IMG/VR virus record: IMGVR_UViG_3300026549_000043
Location: 1 to 64,000 of that record
DNA length: 64,000 nucleotides
Direction: 5' to 3' (one strand)
Origin: a virus
Taxonomy: Duplodnaviria > Caudoviricetes
This document shows positions 1 to 9,288 of the stretch, piece after piece. The translations under genes and the position numbers were made by a program. The notes under the pieces were generated by a model. The model saw nothing but the letters and a program-made list of their open reading frames with translations. It searched no databases and had not been told where the DNA came from. The first letter of the stretch is position 1, and each line of letters starts with the position of its first letter.

Positions 1-80
1 AAGCTATGATTGTGATATAGTCTAATCTATATGGTGACATATAGAAAACAAATGGAAACGATTTGTTTGTAATATAAATG
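1..80 (+). mobile_element. 3' end of a group I intron in the major capsid gene
   Basis: S element GATATAGTCT at 14-23, followed by P9-type hairpins (ctatatg/catatag, acaaat/atttgt) and a terminal ...ATAAATG resembling the ...ATAAACG end of the second intron. The capsid frame resumes right after. The 3' splice site is probably G80 (G81 possible). Confidence 0.75.
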
Positions 81-1256
81 GTTGTTAATGACATTTTCAT
101 GGTTAAGCCAATGACTTCATTCAGTGGTTATTTGACTTATATGGAATTTTCTCTTGGTACAGAAAAGGGCGGTGCTGGTGGCATTGCTGAAGCTGATCCA
201 TTCAAGAACGCTATGGCTGCCTACCGTGGTGGACAGGATGGCGCTTACACAGACCCATGGGGAGCTAACACAATTACTAATTCTCCAATCTTAGGCTTAG
301 GCAAAATGACAGAAGGCCGTGCTCGTTACACAGGTGCTGCTGTTGTTGAAACATTAGGCAGTGATGCAAAGGCTTCTTGGACTCCAGTTTTAAAGGCTTG
401 GGATATGGATGCTCTTGATTCAGAAGGCAATCCAACTGAATTAACAATTGCTGCTGGCCAGATTTCTAATGGTACAGCTGGTCATAAGGTTAAGTATATT
501 TATGACAATGAATACATCCCACAGGAAAAGTTACCAACATTAGTTGGTCATATGGCTGGTATTAATTTAACAGCTAGAGCTCGTAGAATTGCTGTTTATT
601 ATTCACAGTTTGCTGCATTCCAGAGCAAGCAGGATTATGGCATGGATTTCGAAGCTACAATCGCTCAGCAGGCTCAGGCTGAATTACAGTATGAAATCGA
701 TGGTGAAGCTGTATTATTAGTTAAGGAAGCTGCTAAGAACGTTGAAGGTTTACAGTGGGTAGATGAAGAATTAGATACAATCTCTTACTCAATGAAGGCT
801 GAAGGCTTTGCTAGAGTATTAGAACAGGCTAAGGCTGCTGTATACAAGAAGACTGGCCGTTGGATGCCTAACTGGATGTTAGTTGGCCCAGAGGTTATGC
901 CTATCTTATCATTCGTCAAGGGATTCCAGCCAGCTGCTAATGCTGTAGTAAATGGACCATACGTTGCCGGTACTGTTGCTGGCTTAAAGGTTATCGTTTC
1001 TCCAATGCTTGGTAAGGAATGCTTACTTGGTGTTTTAGGTGCTGATGGAAAGACCGCTACAGGCGTTTACGCTCCATATCTTCCTATAGTACCAACTCAG
1101 TTATTAGGTTTTGCTGATGGTACTATGTCTCAGGGTTTCTCTACAATGTATGACATGAGAATTTTAAATCCAGCTTTAATTGGTAAGATTGAAATTACTA
1201 CTGGAAATAACATGTTCTTAGGTCAGGTAGAAGTTGTAAATAACTCAGAGATTTAA
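78..1256 (+). CDS. Major capsid protein, T4 gp23-like (5' part outside window; unspliced C-terminal form)
   Basis: VVNDIFMVKPMTSFSG resembles gp23 LIAFDICGVQPM; also ARARRIAVYYS, AELQYEID and GVYAPYLP. Codon usage typical of a highly expressed gene. Confidence 0.88.
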   Translation: MVVNDIFMVKPMTSFSGYLTYMEFSLGTEKGGAGGIAEADPFKNAMAAYRGGQDGAYTDPWGANTITNSPILGLGKMTEGRARYTGAAVVETLGSDAKASWTPVLKAWDMDALDSEGNPTELTIAAGQISNGTAGHKVKYIYDNEYIPQEKLPTLVGHMAGINLTARARRIAVYYSQFAAFQSKQDYGMDFEATIAQQAQAELQYEIDGEAVLLVKEAAKNVEGLQWVDEELDTISYSMKAEGFARVLEQAKAAVYKKTGRWMPNWMLVGPEVMPILSFVKGFQPAANAVVNGPYVAGTVAGLKVIVSPMLGKECLLGVLGADGKTATGVYAPYLPIVPTQLLGFADGTMSQGFSTMYDMRILNPALIGKIEITTGNNMFLGQVEVVNNSEI

Positions 1257-1602
1257 GGTTAAAAATGTGGCTCTAGTTAGTAATAACTAGATGATAATGA
1301 GGTTAATTGCTGGAATCTCCTGAAGGTATATATACTACAAAGTAATTCGTGAGAATAAGCTTGAAGGTTTGAAAAATTATATATTATAGGACAATCAGCA
1401 GCTAAGCTTGTTTAATAAATCAATTAAACATGGTAGAGTTAAACAAGAAAGTTCAACGACTAAGGGGTAGCGCCCTGTAGGAATAAAGTTATTCCGAAAG
1501 ACCTCACGCCCTATAAGGGTGATAATATAGTCTCGTCTCTATAGAGATATAGAGCTAACATAAGTTAGTATGTAATTTAACGAATTACATAAAAGATAAA
1601 CG
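1078..1602 (+). mobile_element. Group I intron (IA-like) with a duplicate 3' exon in loop L1
   Basis: P AATTGCTGGAA 1305, Q AATCAGCAGC 1393, R GTTCAACGACTA 1451, S AATATAGTCT 1524. P3 TGAGGT(1298)/ACCTCA(1501); P7 GACTA/TAGTC. IGS ATGTGG 1265-1270 pairs with CCAT|AT at 1074-1079, placing a G-U pair at the splice site. Terminal G1602. Confidence 0.85.
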
Positions 1603-1778
1603 ATATGCCAATCGTTCCAACTCAGTTATTAGGTTTCGCTGATGGCACAATGAGCCAGGGCTTCTCAACCTTATATGATATGAAGATCTTAAACCCAGCT
1701 TTAATTGGTAAGATCGAAATCGTAGAAGGCAACAACATGTTCTTAGGACAGGTTGAAGTAATCGACTCAAGCATCTAG
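1603..1778 (+). CDS. Capsid 3' exon (spliced C-terminus YMPIVPTQLLGFADG...EVIDSSI)
   Basis: Joining T1077 to A1603 restores TAT-ATG-CCA in frame. The 57 aa are nearly identical to 1080-1256, and a terminator follows. Confidence 0.85.
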
Positions 1779-1800
1779 TAATTAAAAAAGATTAATTTTT

Positions 1801-1827
1801 AGAGGAATCATAAGATTCCTCTTTTTT
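1801..1827 (+). terminator. Intrinsic terminator after the capsid gene
   Basis: AGAGGAATC-ATAA-GATTCCTCT followed by a T run. Confidence 0.85.
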
Positions 1828-1829
1828 AT

Positions 1830-1861
1830 TAGTTTATTTATATTGTTGTTTTATATATAAT
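1830..1861 (+). promoter_or_regulatory. Early sigma70-like promoter (TAGTTTA...N17...TATAAT family)
   Basis: The same architecture recurs at 26618, 28865, 39981, 43948, 47051, 49791 and 62405. Confidence 0.7.
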
Positions 1862-1888
1862 AATAATGTAAATAAAGAGGAAAATTTT

Positions 1889-2527
1889 ATGGAATATAAC
1901 TATTTCGAATTAGTTACTAAATCATATCCAATTATCAAAAATAAAGGATATATTAAAGGTGAAACAACAAATTATATTAAAGATAATTATAATAATTTAT
2001 CAGAGAAAACTTCATTTGTAGAAGTATCTGATTTTTCAAATTGGATAGAAAATAAATATAACGAAAAAAATTCTGATTATTTAAGATCATTATTAGAATT
2101 AAGGAAGAATAAAGTAGTAAAAGATTATCAATTAAATTTATTATTATCTGGCCTAGACCTTTATTTTAAAGATCTAAAAGCTCAGGAAGAAAGAGAGAAT
2201 AGTCCTTCAACATATGTTGGAAATATTGGAGATAAGATAGAATTTATTGTAAAAGATTTTAAGTTATTAACTTCAAGATCTTATGGATATGGCTGGAGCT
2301 CTAATTACTATAGCTTTTATCGAATTGTTGGTACTGATAATAATATTTATCTTTGGGGCACTAGTCTTGAAGGTATCAAAGAAGGTAGTATTATTAGAGC
2401 TACCGTAAAAGATCACAAAGATTATAAAGGTGAAAAACAAACAGTAGTTACTAGAGGAAAAATTATTAATAATCTAGAACCAGAAGATGATTTTATAGAT
2501 AGTGAATTATTAAGAGGAATTTATTAA
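1889..2527 (+). CDS. Hypothetical protein with a probable C-terminal OB fold
   Basis: SD GAGAGG. YVGNIGDK...ATVKDHKDYKGEKQTVVTR is a common phage OB-like pattern. Confidence 0.6.
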   Translation: MEYNYFELVTKSYPIIKNKGYIKGETTNYIKDNYNNLSEKTSFVEVSDFSNWIENKYNEKNSDYLRSLLELRKNKVVKDYQLNLLLSGLDLYFKDLKAQEERENSPSTYVGNIGDKIEFIVKDFKLLTSRSYGYGWSSNYYSFYRIVGTDNNIYLWGTSLEGIKEGSIIRATVKDHKDYKGEKQTVVTRGKIINNLEPEDDFIDSELLRGIY

Positions 2528-2550
2528 ATGAGCAGAACTGCTCATTTTTT
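2526..2550 (+). terminator. Intrinsic terminator
   Basis: ATGAGCAG-AA-CTGCTCAT followed by a T run. Confidence 0.7.
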
Positions 2551-2575
2551 ATTGTATCTTATTTTTGATTTAATT

Positions 2576-2596
2576 TTGCTAAATTAAATATAATAA
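2576..2596 (+). promoter_or_regulatory. Putative late promoter TTGCTAAATTAAATATAATAA
   Basis: Identical 21-mer at 5519-5539; the TTGCTAAATT core also occurs at 46829 and 60845, each shortly upstream of a gene start. Confidence 0.6.
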
Positions 2597-2607
2597 GGTA
2601 TTTTTGT

Positions 2608-4758
2608 ATGTCAAAATTATTATTAGAGAAAACTAGAAGAGAATTAATCAATCAATCAAAGGCTGCCGCCCCCGTAAAATCTTATGGTACTACTAGATAT
2701 GAAAGAAAAAATAAACAGCATATCTATAATAGTATTACTAATTTTAATAAGATTGATATGAATGCTTTATTCCAAGGTAATATGCTATCCTTTAAAGTGC
2801 CTGTTCATGGAGAAACAGATAATTATGAAGTTGAAGTACTTTTTGAGGGAATCTGTGATGGAATAAAACGTGAAGTAAAACGTAATAAAAATAAATTTGA
2901 ATATAAATGTGTTTATAGAGCATTAATCGATTCCATTAATAAACAAGATATTTATATTTCATGCTCATGCCCTGATTGATGTTTAGAAGGAAGCACCAAA
3001 ATAAAACTTTTAAATGGTGAAGTTTATACTGTAGAAGAATTAAAAGATAAATTTGATAAGGGCGAAGACCTTTGGGTATATTCAACCGATTCTAATGGTG
3101 ATTTTAAACCTGGACATGTTAATGATGTGTGGGTCAGTGGTTACACTACTGAGTTAGTAAAGGTTACATTAGACAATGGAGAAGAAATTTTAACAACTCC
3201 TAATCATAAATACATGCTTAGAGATGGATCGTATCTTGAAGCAGAAAAACTACAAAGTGGTCAATCTTTAATGCCTCTTTATTTTAGAGATACTAATGGG
3301 TATGAAAATGTAAAATTAAATTCTAAGAAACAGACTTCTTATTTTAGTGTTTACAAATTAGTTGCCAATGAACTATTAAAAGAAGAGATAGATAGTGCCA
3401 AGATAAGAAGTGGTGAAGAAGTTATTGCAATTCATCATATTGATTTTAATAAAAAGAATAATTATCCATCTAATTTAAAACCTATGGGTGTCCAAGAACA
3501 TTATAAATATCATTATGAACATGTTAAAGAATCTGGCGTATTGGATAAATGGATAAAGGCTGGTCAGGAACATAATAGGAAAGTGAAGGATCACTCAACT
3601 GAGGGGTATAAAATCCAAGCTAAGGTCATGTATGATGCCTTGTGGAGTGACAATGGCTACTATTCAAATAGAACACAAGAAGAAATAGATAGAGACTTTA
3701 CTGTTCACAGCAATGCAACAAAATCTGCCTGGGTAAGAGGCTGTTATAATACAGAGGCATTTAATAATGCATCAAAACAGAGGGGTGTTAATTTACATAC
3801 TCCTGAGGTTGAAGCCTTAGCTTTACAGGGTATCAGAAATCACTATAACAACTTATCTGACGAGGAAAGAACTAAAATTTCAAATAGAAATAAAGTAAAT
3901 AGTAAGACCGGCTGGCAAAATAACAGAGATAGTTATATGAAGAGTGAAAAATTTATGACCGCTAGGAAACATGGCTTTGATACTGTTCATACTGAAGAAA
4001 ATTTGTTAAAATCTAAAAAAAGTAGATTAGAAAAATATGGGAATGAAAACTATAATAACCCTCAAAAAATGAAAGTGTCTCGTTGTTTAAGAAATTTAAA
4101 AGAATTAATTGAAAAGAATATACCATTAACAGAAGAAAATTTCTATGCAAACAGAAGAAATGGAGACCCTCATTGAAGTAAAGTTTTTTCATCATTTAAT
4201 TCTATGTTAGAATACTTTGGTTTAAATGCTTATAATCATAAAGTAAAGAGTGTAGAATTTATTAAGTATGAAAACCCTATTCCTGTTTATGATTTATCAG
4301 TAGAAAAATGGAATAATTTTTATATCAATGCAGGAGTTATACTCCATAATTGCTATAGATTCTCTTACTGGGCTACTAAAGATAGATATAATGGTGGAAG
4401 ACCAGAGGTTAGAGTAGCAGATATTACTAACCCTAATAATAATCAGGGTGCTGGGTGTAAACATACCATTGCTGTTCTTTATAATTTGGATTGGGCTATG
4501 AAGCTAGCTACTAGTATTTCAAATTATGTTGAATATATGCAAGAAAATTATGAGGATAAATTTAAAAGATTAATTTTTCCAGCAATTTTTGATATTTCTT
4601 ATGATGAATATATTTCTGATGAGGTAGATGATGAATTGGCTAATTCAATGGATAATGAAGAAGACGTTGAAGAAATAGATAAATCTATAGAAAGAAGCCT
4701 ATATAAACCAGAGGAAGAAACCGAAGAAGAAACAGAAGAAGTCACGGAGGTTGAATAA
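2608..4758 (+). CDS. SWIM zinc-finger protein interrupted by an intein (TGA=Trp at 2977 and 4174)
   Basis: Three track ORFs share one frame and are separated only by TGA. The exteins join to CSCPDW|CYRFSYWAT...GCKH (CxC...CxH SWIM pattern). Confidence 0.85.
2980..4350 (+). mobile_element. Intein with HNH homing endonuclease (457 aa)
   Basis: Starts CLEGSTKIKLLNG; block B ILTTPNH; HNH IHHIDFNKKNNYPSNL; ends VYDLSVEKWNNFYINAGVILHN followed by Cys. Confidence 0.93.
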
Positions 4759-5483
4759 TGGAATTAAAAGAATATGTAGAACAAATAAAATTTCAATTAA
4801 CTGGAGGAATATTAGAAAGTGAATTAAAAGATTCTGATATAGAAAAAATTGTTATGTTTTCTTTAAAAGAATTAAATCGATATTATGATTCTACTGCTTT
4901 AGTTATGGCTGATGCTGCTAGTTGTATTGATTTAATTTCTTTACAAGAAAATAATAATATAAAGATAAGTTCAATTTCTAATGTTTATAGGTCTGAGGCT
5001 TCAGGGGTTTCATCTGGGGATGGAGCTACTACTTCAGATCCAATGTTTATCGCTCAGTGGAATTTTGCAAATAATTATTATGGTTATAATTCTAACAATT
5101 GAGCTTTGAACTATGCAGCATATAATACCATGCAGCAGATATCTTCTACTTTTTCTACTGATTTAGATTTTAAGGAAGATCAAGCTGGTGGTAAATTATA
5201 TATTAATTTTTCTAACGGGATGCCGTCTAAAGTTACCATTGAGTATGTTCCTAAGTTAGAATCAGTTGAAGAAGTTAAAGGTGAGTATTGAACCGATATA
5301 CTATTAAGACTGTCTTTAGCTCATACTAAAATAACTCTAGGCCGAATCAGAACAAGATATACTTTAAATGATGCTATTTGGGGCCAAGATGGTGAAACCC
5401 TTCTCACTGAGGGTAATACTGATTTAACCGCCTTGCGAGAAAGGCTTCAGACTCAGGCTAATTTCACCTATCCATGTGACTAG
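4758..5483 (+). CDS. Neck / head-tail adaptor, T4 gp13-like (TGA=Trp at 5100 and 5289)
   Basis: Continuous 241-aa frame. YWTDILLRLSLAHTKITLGRIRTRY...QDGETLLTEG matches the neck-1 pattern; position after the head genes. Confidence 0.7.
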
Positions 5484-5553
5484 CCCTGAAAATTTGTATA
5501 ATTTAAATATATCGTATTTTGCTAAATTAAATATAATAATGTGGAGGTAATAA

Positions 5554-7005
5554 ATGGACACAAATTATTTAGAGGAAGCTTTCAAAAGACTCAGCTTACT
5601 TGAAGATGATTTTGATATATCTGTCGATGCTGATAAAGTAGATGAATTAAGATCATTTATTGAAGATGATGTTGATGAAGTTCCTGAAGAAGAAATCATT
5701 GATGTAAAAGCCGATGATGAAACTGAGCTCCAAGATAATTATGTTGGAAAGGTTATTCTTGAATGTGAATGCTGCCATACCAGAATCTATAAAGATAAGG
5801 AAGAAGTATTTATCGACGAAGAATCAGGCTTGGCTAATATCAATGAACCATGCCCAGTTTGTAATAATGAATTGGGTTACACTGTAATTGGAAAGATTGA
5901 ACCATTTGATTCTGATAAAGAAATTAACCCAGAAGAAGATGAAGTAGAGATTACTCCAGATGATATCGAAGTTGAAGATGAAGTAGAAATTACTCCTGAT
6001 GATGTAACTGAGGAAGAAGAAGTCGAAGTTGAAGAATCATTAGAAAATAGAATCAACAGAAAACACTTACATGAAACTAAAGATGGAGTTTGTCCACATT
6101 GTGGAAAGAAACCTTGTGAATGTGAATCATTAGAAGAATGTGATTCATTGGAAGAAGGATTCGAAGATCCATCAAAGGTTGGAGTTGATCCAGATGTTTC
6201 TGTAGAAGATGATATCAAATTAGAGACTCCTCAGGATAATCCAGTAAATGAAGACCCAGCTGTTTTAGACTTGAAGGAAGATTTTAAGGAAGTAGAGATT
6301 AAAACAGATGATCAGAAATTAGAAATGACTTCAGATGACAATGGTAAGGTAACTGTTACTACTGAGCCATTAGAAGAAGAAGTAGCTGAAGAGGAAGTAG
6401 TAGATTCAATTACTACAGAACCTGATGACGCTGAAGTTGGTCCAGAGGAAATTGTTCCTTTAGATTCTGAAGAAGAAATCGAGATTGAAAATAATTCTCC
6501 AGAGGAAGAACAGAAAGAGGAAATTCCAGAAGAAGCTGTTGAAGATAAAGTAATTTCTAGTGAAGAACCTATTGAAGACAATGGTGAAGAAGAAGCGGAA
6601 GATGAATTAGATGTCGAAGACTTCGATGAAGAATCATTCGATGATATGGGTGAATCTTATATGCGTAAGGTTTATAGCAATGTAACTGGTTATAAGACTA
6701 CTAAAATTAACGAAAGTAATGGATCAATTTTAGTTGATGGCGTAATTACTTTTGATTCTGGAGCTAAAAAGAATACTCAATTCGTATTTGAAAATGCTAC
6801 TCTTTCTAGAAGGGGTAAATTAATTTTAGAAGGATATAACAAGACATTCTCTGAAGCTAAGAAATCTTTCATCATTAGAGGATTATTAGAAGGAAAGAAA
6901 TATATTCCTGAAAGCTTTATCTATAATTATAAAGTTAAACAGTTAAATGAATCAACCAATTCTAACGAAACAGTTAGAGTATTTGGAAGAATCAAGAAGA
7001 GATAA
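5554..7005 (+). CDS. Highly acidic head-associated protein with Cys clusters (possible scaffold/core)
   Basis: Very D/E-rich, CxxC pairs, many L/I-x-E sites, late promoter motif upstream. Confidence 0.45.
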   Translation: MDTNYLEEAFKRLSLLEDDFDISVDADKVDELRSFIEDDVDEVPEEEIIDVKADDETELQDNYVGKVILECECCHTRIYKDKEEVFIDEESGLANINEPCPVCNNELGYTVIGKIEPFDSDKEINPEEDEVEITPDDIEVEDEVEITPDDVTEEEEVEVEESLENRINRKHLHETKDGVCPHCGKKPCECESLEECDSLEEGFEDPSKVGVDPDVSVEDDIKLETPQDNPVNEDPAVLDLKEDFKEVEIKTDDQKLEMTSDDNGKVTVTTEPLEEEVAEEEVVDSITTEPDDAEVGPEEIVPLDSEEEIEIENNSPEEEQKEEIPEEAVEDKVISSEEPIEDNGEEEAEDELDVEDFDEESFDDMGESYMRKVYSNVTGYKTTKINESNGSILVDGVITFDSGAKKNTQFVFENATLSRRGKLILEGYNKTFSEAKKSFIIRGLLEGKKYIPESFIYNYKVKQLNESTNSNETVRVFGRIKKR

Positions 7006-7022
7006 TTAAGGAGTTAACTATT

Positions 7023-7520
7023 ATGGCTTATAAGGGTGATTATGGTGTCTTATTAAATCATAACACAAAACTTCATCGTCGTTATTTTAATGAGATGGTT
7101 AAACTTATAGGTATTCAGGTATTATATAAGGCTCCAAAAGAAAATAAACATTATAACTTACAGTCAGAAATAGTTTCTAATTATGAGGATCCTATCAAAG
7201 TTGGATGTGTCTTTGAAGAACATTTAACACAAAGGACTGCTAAAAAATTAGGCTGGAATTCAGAATTAACCGAATCTGCTGCATTAATTCATGTACCATA
7301 TGATTTACCTGGTTTGCAAATAGGAGCCCTGTTTACAATACCAAGTGCTTATGATAATACTATGGCCAGAACATTTAGAGTTACAAAGATGTCTGCCATT
7401 ATGGTATTCCCGGCTAGTATCACATGTGAAATAGTCCCAGAATATGAAACTACTGTTGAAAAATCTGAATTAGAATTATTCAATAGTACTGATTTTAATT
7501 TATTAAATGAGGGTAACTAA
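7023..7520 (+). CDS. Head closure / neck protein (gp14-like)
   Basis: Position and RYFNEMVKLIG...KKLGW pattern. Confidence 0.5.
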   Translation: MAYKGDYGVLLNHNTKLHRRYFNEMVKLIGIQVLYKAPKENKHYNLQSEIVSNYEDPIKVGCVFEEHLTQRTAKKLGWNSELTESAALIHVPYDLPGLQIGALFTIPSAYDNTMARTFRVTKMSAIMVFPASITCEIVPEYETTVEKSELELFNSTDFNLLNEGN

Positions 7521-7521
7521 T

Positions 7522-8301
7522 ATGAAGATAACAAAATTAAATGAAGCCGATGAAAAAGATCTAGAAGCTAATAAAAAATTAGAAGCCGAATTAGATGCTG
7601 ATGAAGGATTAAGCGTAGCAGAACTTAGGAAAAAATTTAATGATAGTGATGGTATAGATACTAAAGCTACCATAGCTGAAGATATTTTAATTAAAACGCT
7701 AGGATATAAAAATGCTCTAGAATTAGGTAAGATAAGATCATTTAGAAAATCTGTCGGAGATAGTTCCTTCGCAAGGTGGATGGAATCATTTACTGTAGAA
7801 GAAGCTACTAATAAAAATAACGATTTCATTACCTTTTTAGATTATTCAATAAAAGAAAGTAATTTATTGAGAGATATCTTAAAGATTCCAAACGCTATAT
7901 TTAAATTATATAACGCCTATGTTCATGATGGAATGATTAATATAAAATCCATGTTAAATAAAATTTCTGGGGATAATAATAGTAAGAATATTATTAATAG
8001 ATATTTAACTGATGAAAAATTTTATGATTGTTCCCAAAATGAAATGATTTGGATTTTAAAAAATGTGTTATTTAATCCCGATAACATAGGAGTTCTTGAA
8101 GGTGATAAGGTTTTAACCTATAGAGAAATAAGAGATTCTTTAATTGATAAAGGAAAGATATCCGATGATTCTGATGTAAATAATGTTATTACGATTAAAA
8201 ATAATGATACTTCTAAATTAAGTGATAATCAAATACAAGCTCTTTTAAAAAGTATAGCCTCAACTGAAAAGGGTAAAAATGCAATTAACAATTTCAAATA
8301 A
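7522..8301 (+). CDS. Hypothetical, possible internal head protein
   Basis: Start after SD GAGG; N-terminus MKITKLNE. Confidence 0.45.
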   Translation: MKITKLNEADEKDLEANKKLEAELDADEGLSVAELRKKFNDSDGIDTKATIAEDILIKTLGYKNALELGKIRSFRKSVGDSSFARWMESFTVEEATNKNNDFITFLDYSIKESNLLRDILKIPNAIFKLYNAYVHDGMINIKSMLNKISGDNNSKNIINRYLTDEKFYDCSQNEMIWILKNVLFNPDNIGVLEGDKVLTYREIRDSLIDKGKISDDSDVNNVITIKNNDTSKLSDNQIQALLKSIASTEKGKNAINNFK

Positions 8302-8662
8302 TTCTTTAGATAATATTGATACTTTTATTTATTCTTATTTACCTGGCTATATTAAAAAGCTATTTGAAATATCGGTTGATAAAAAAAGATTTAAGCCCTT
8401 TGATAGAGAATATAAAATAAATTCATATTCTTTATTGAAAAAGGCCTTGAACAGTTTAATTATTTCTAAAAATGGAAATAATCAATATATTATTAAAACT
8501 AATAATATAATTAAAGTAAATAATCTAACATTAGATTATTATCTAAGATTAATAAATTATGGTACTAGAGAAATTAAGGGTTATCCTCTAATATCAGAAT
8601 TATTTAATTATATAAAAGATAACATAAACAAAATTTATAAGGAGTGAGACGGTGGCAATTAG
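8279..8662 (+). CDS. Hypothetical virion-module protein (TGA at 8645 read through to TAG)
   Basis: LINYGTREIKG motif; readthrough overlaps the next start. Confidence 0.5.
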
Positions 8663-9272
8663 ATATTATGATCAAGCATTAGTTGATAAAGTTAAATCTT
8701 GGGTAAAAGATCCTAATTTAACTATATTATCTCCATCAGATTCCACTCGATTCTTTCAAATGAGGGCTGACCAATTAGATGATAAACCCTTAAAATTACC
8801 GTTGATTGCTATTTCTAGGGATAGTGAAATGGAAATAATATCTACTACTAAAAAATCTCTCTCATATGATGCAGGCCATTTAACCAATGATGTAAATGAT
8901 CATAACAGGTCAACGGCTGAAGTCTCTAAGGTATTAAATGCTATACCGATTAAATTATCTTATCAGCTAGACATTTATACGAAGTACTTTGCAGAAGCTG
9001 ATGAGTATGTAAGAAACTTTATATTTAATTTTATTAATTACCCTAGAATTAATATAGAGATACCCTACAATGATGCAAAGGTACTTCACAATTCTACTAT
9101 ATTATTAGAATCTTCTGTATCTGATAGCTCAGATATACCTGAAAGATTAATATCTGGACAATTCACTAGAATGACACTTAGATTAACTATTGATGATGCT
9201 TATCTGTTCAGTGTACCATTCATGGATAATTGGAAGGTAGAAGAAGGTTCAATAGAAGTTTTAGAAAACTAG
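8652..9272 (+). CDS. Tail terminator / completion protein (gp15-like)
   Basis: LPLIAISR and IPIKLSYQLDIYTK motifs; directly before the sheath gene. Confidence 0.6.
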   Translation: MAIRYYDQALVDKVKSWVKDPNLTILSPSDSTRFFQMRADQLDDKPLKLPLIAISRDSEMEIISTTKKSLSYDAGHLTNDVNDHNRSTAEVSKVLNAIPIKLSYQLDIYTKYFAEADEYVRNFIFNFINYPRINIEIPYNDAKVLHNSTILLESSVSDSSDIPERLISGQFTRMTLRLTIDDAYLFSVPFMDNWKVEEGSIEVLEN

Positions 9273-9288
9273 GAAGGAAAAAATATTA

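Noticed and set aside
1078-1778. Capsid-end duplication as a DGR template/variable repeat pair
   Set aside because: Differences are mostly synonymous and not adenine-specific (TTT/TTC, TCT/AGC); no reverse transcriptase is present; the intron explains the layout.
2968-2982. TGA as selenocysteine in the Cys-rich motif
   Set aside because: The SWIM ligands are already Cys/His, and other TGA sites align with Trp.
5932-6030. Repeat GAAGATGAAGTAGA(G/A)ATTACTCC
   Set aside because: A short in-frame duplication (EDEVEITPDD twice) in a low-complexity protein.
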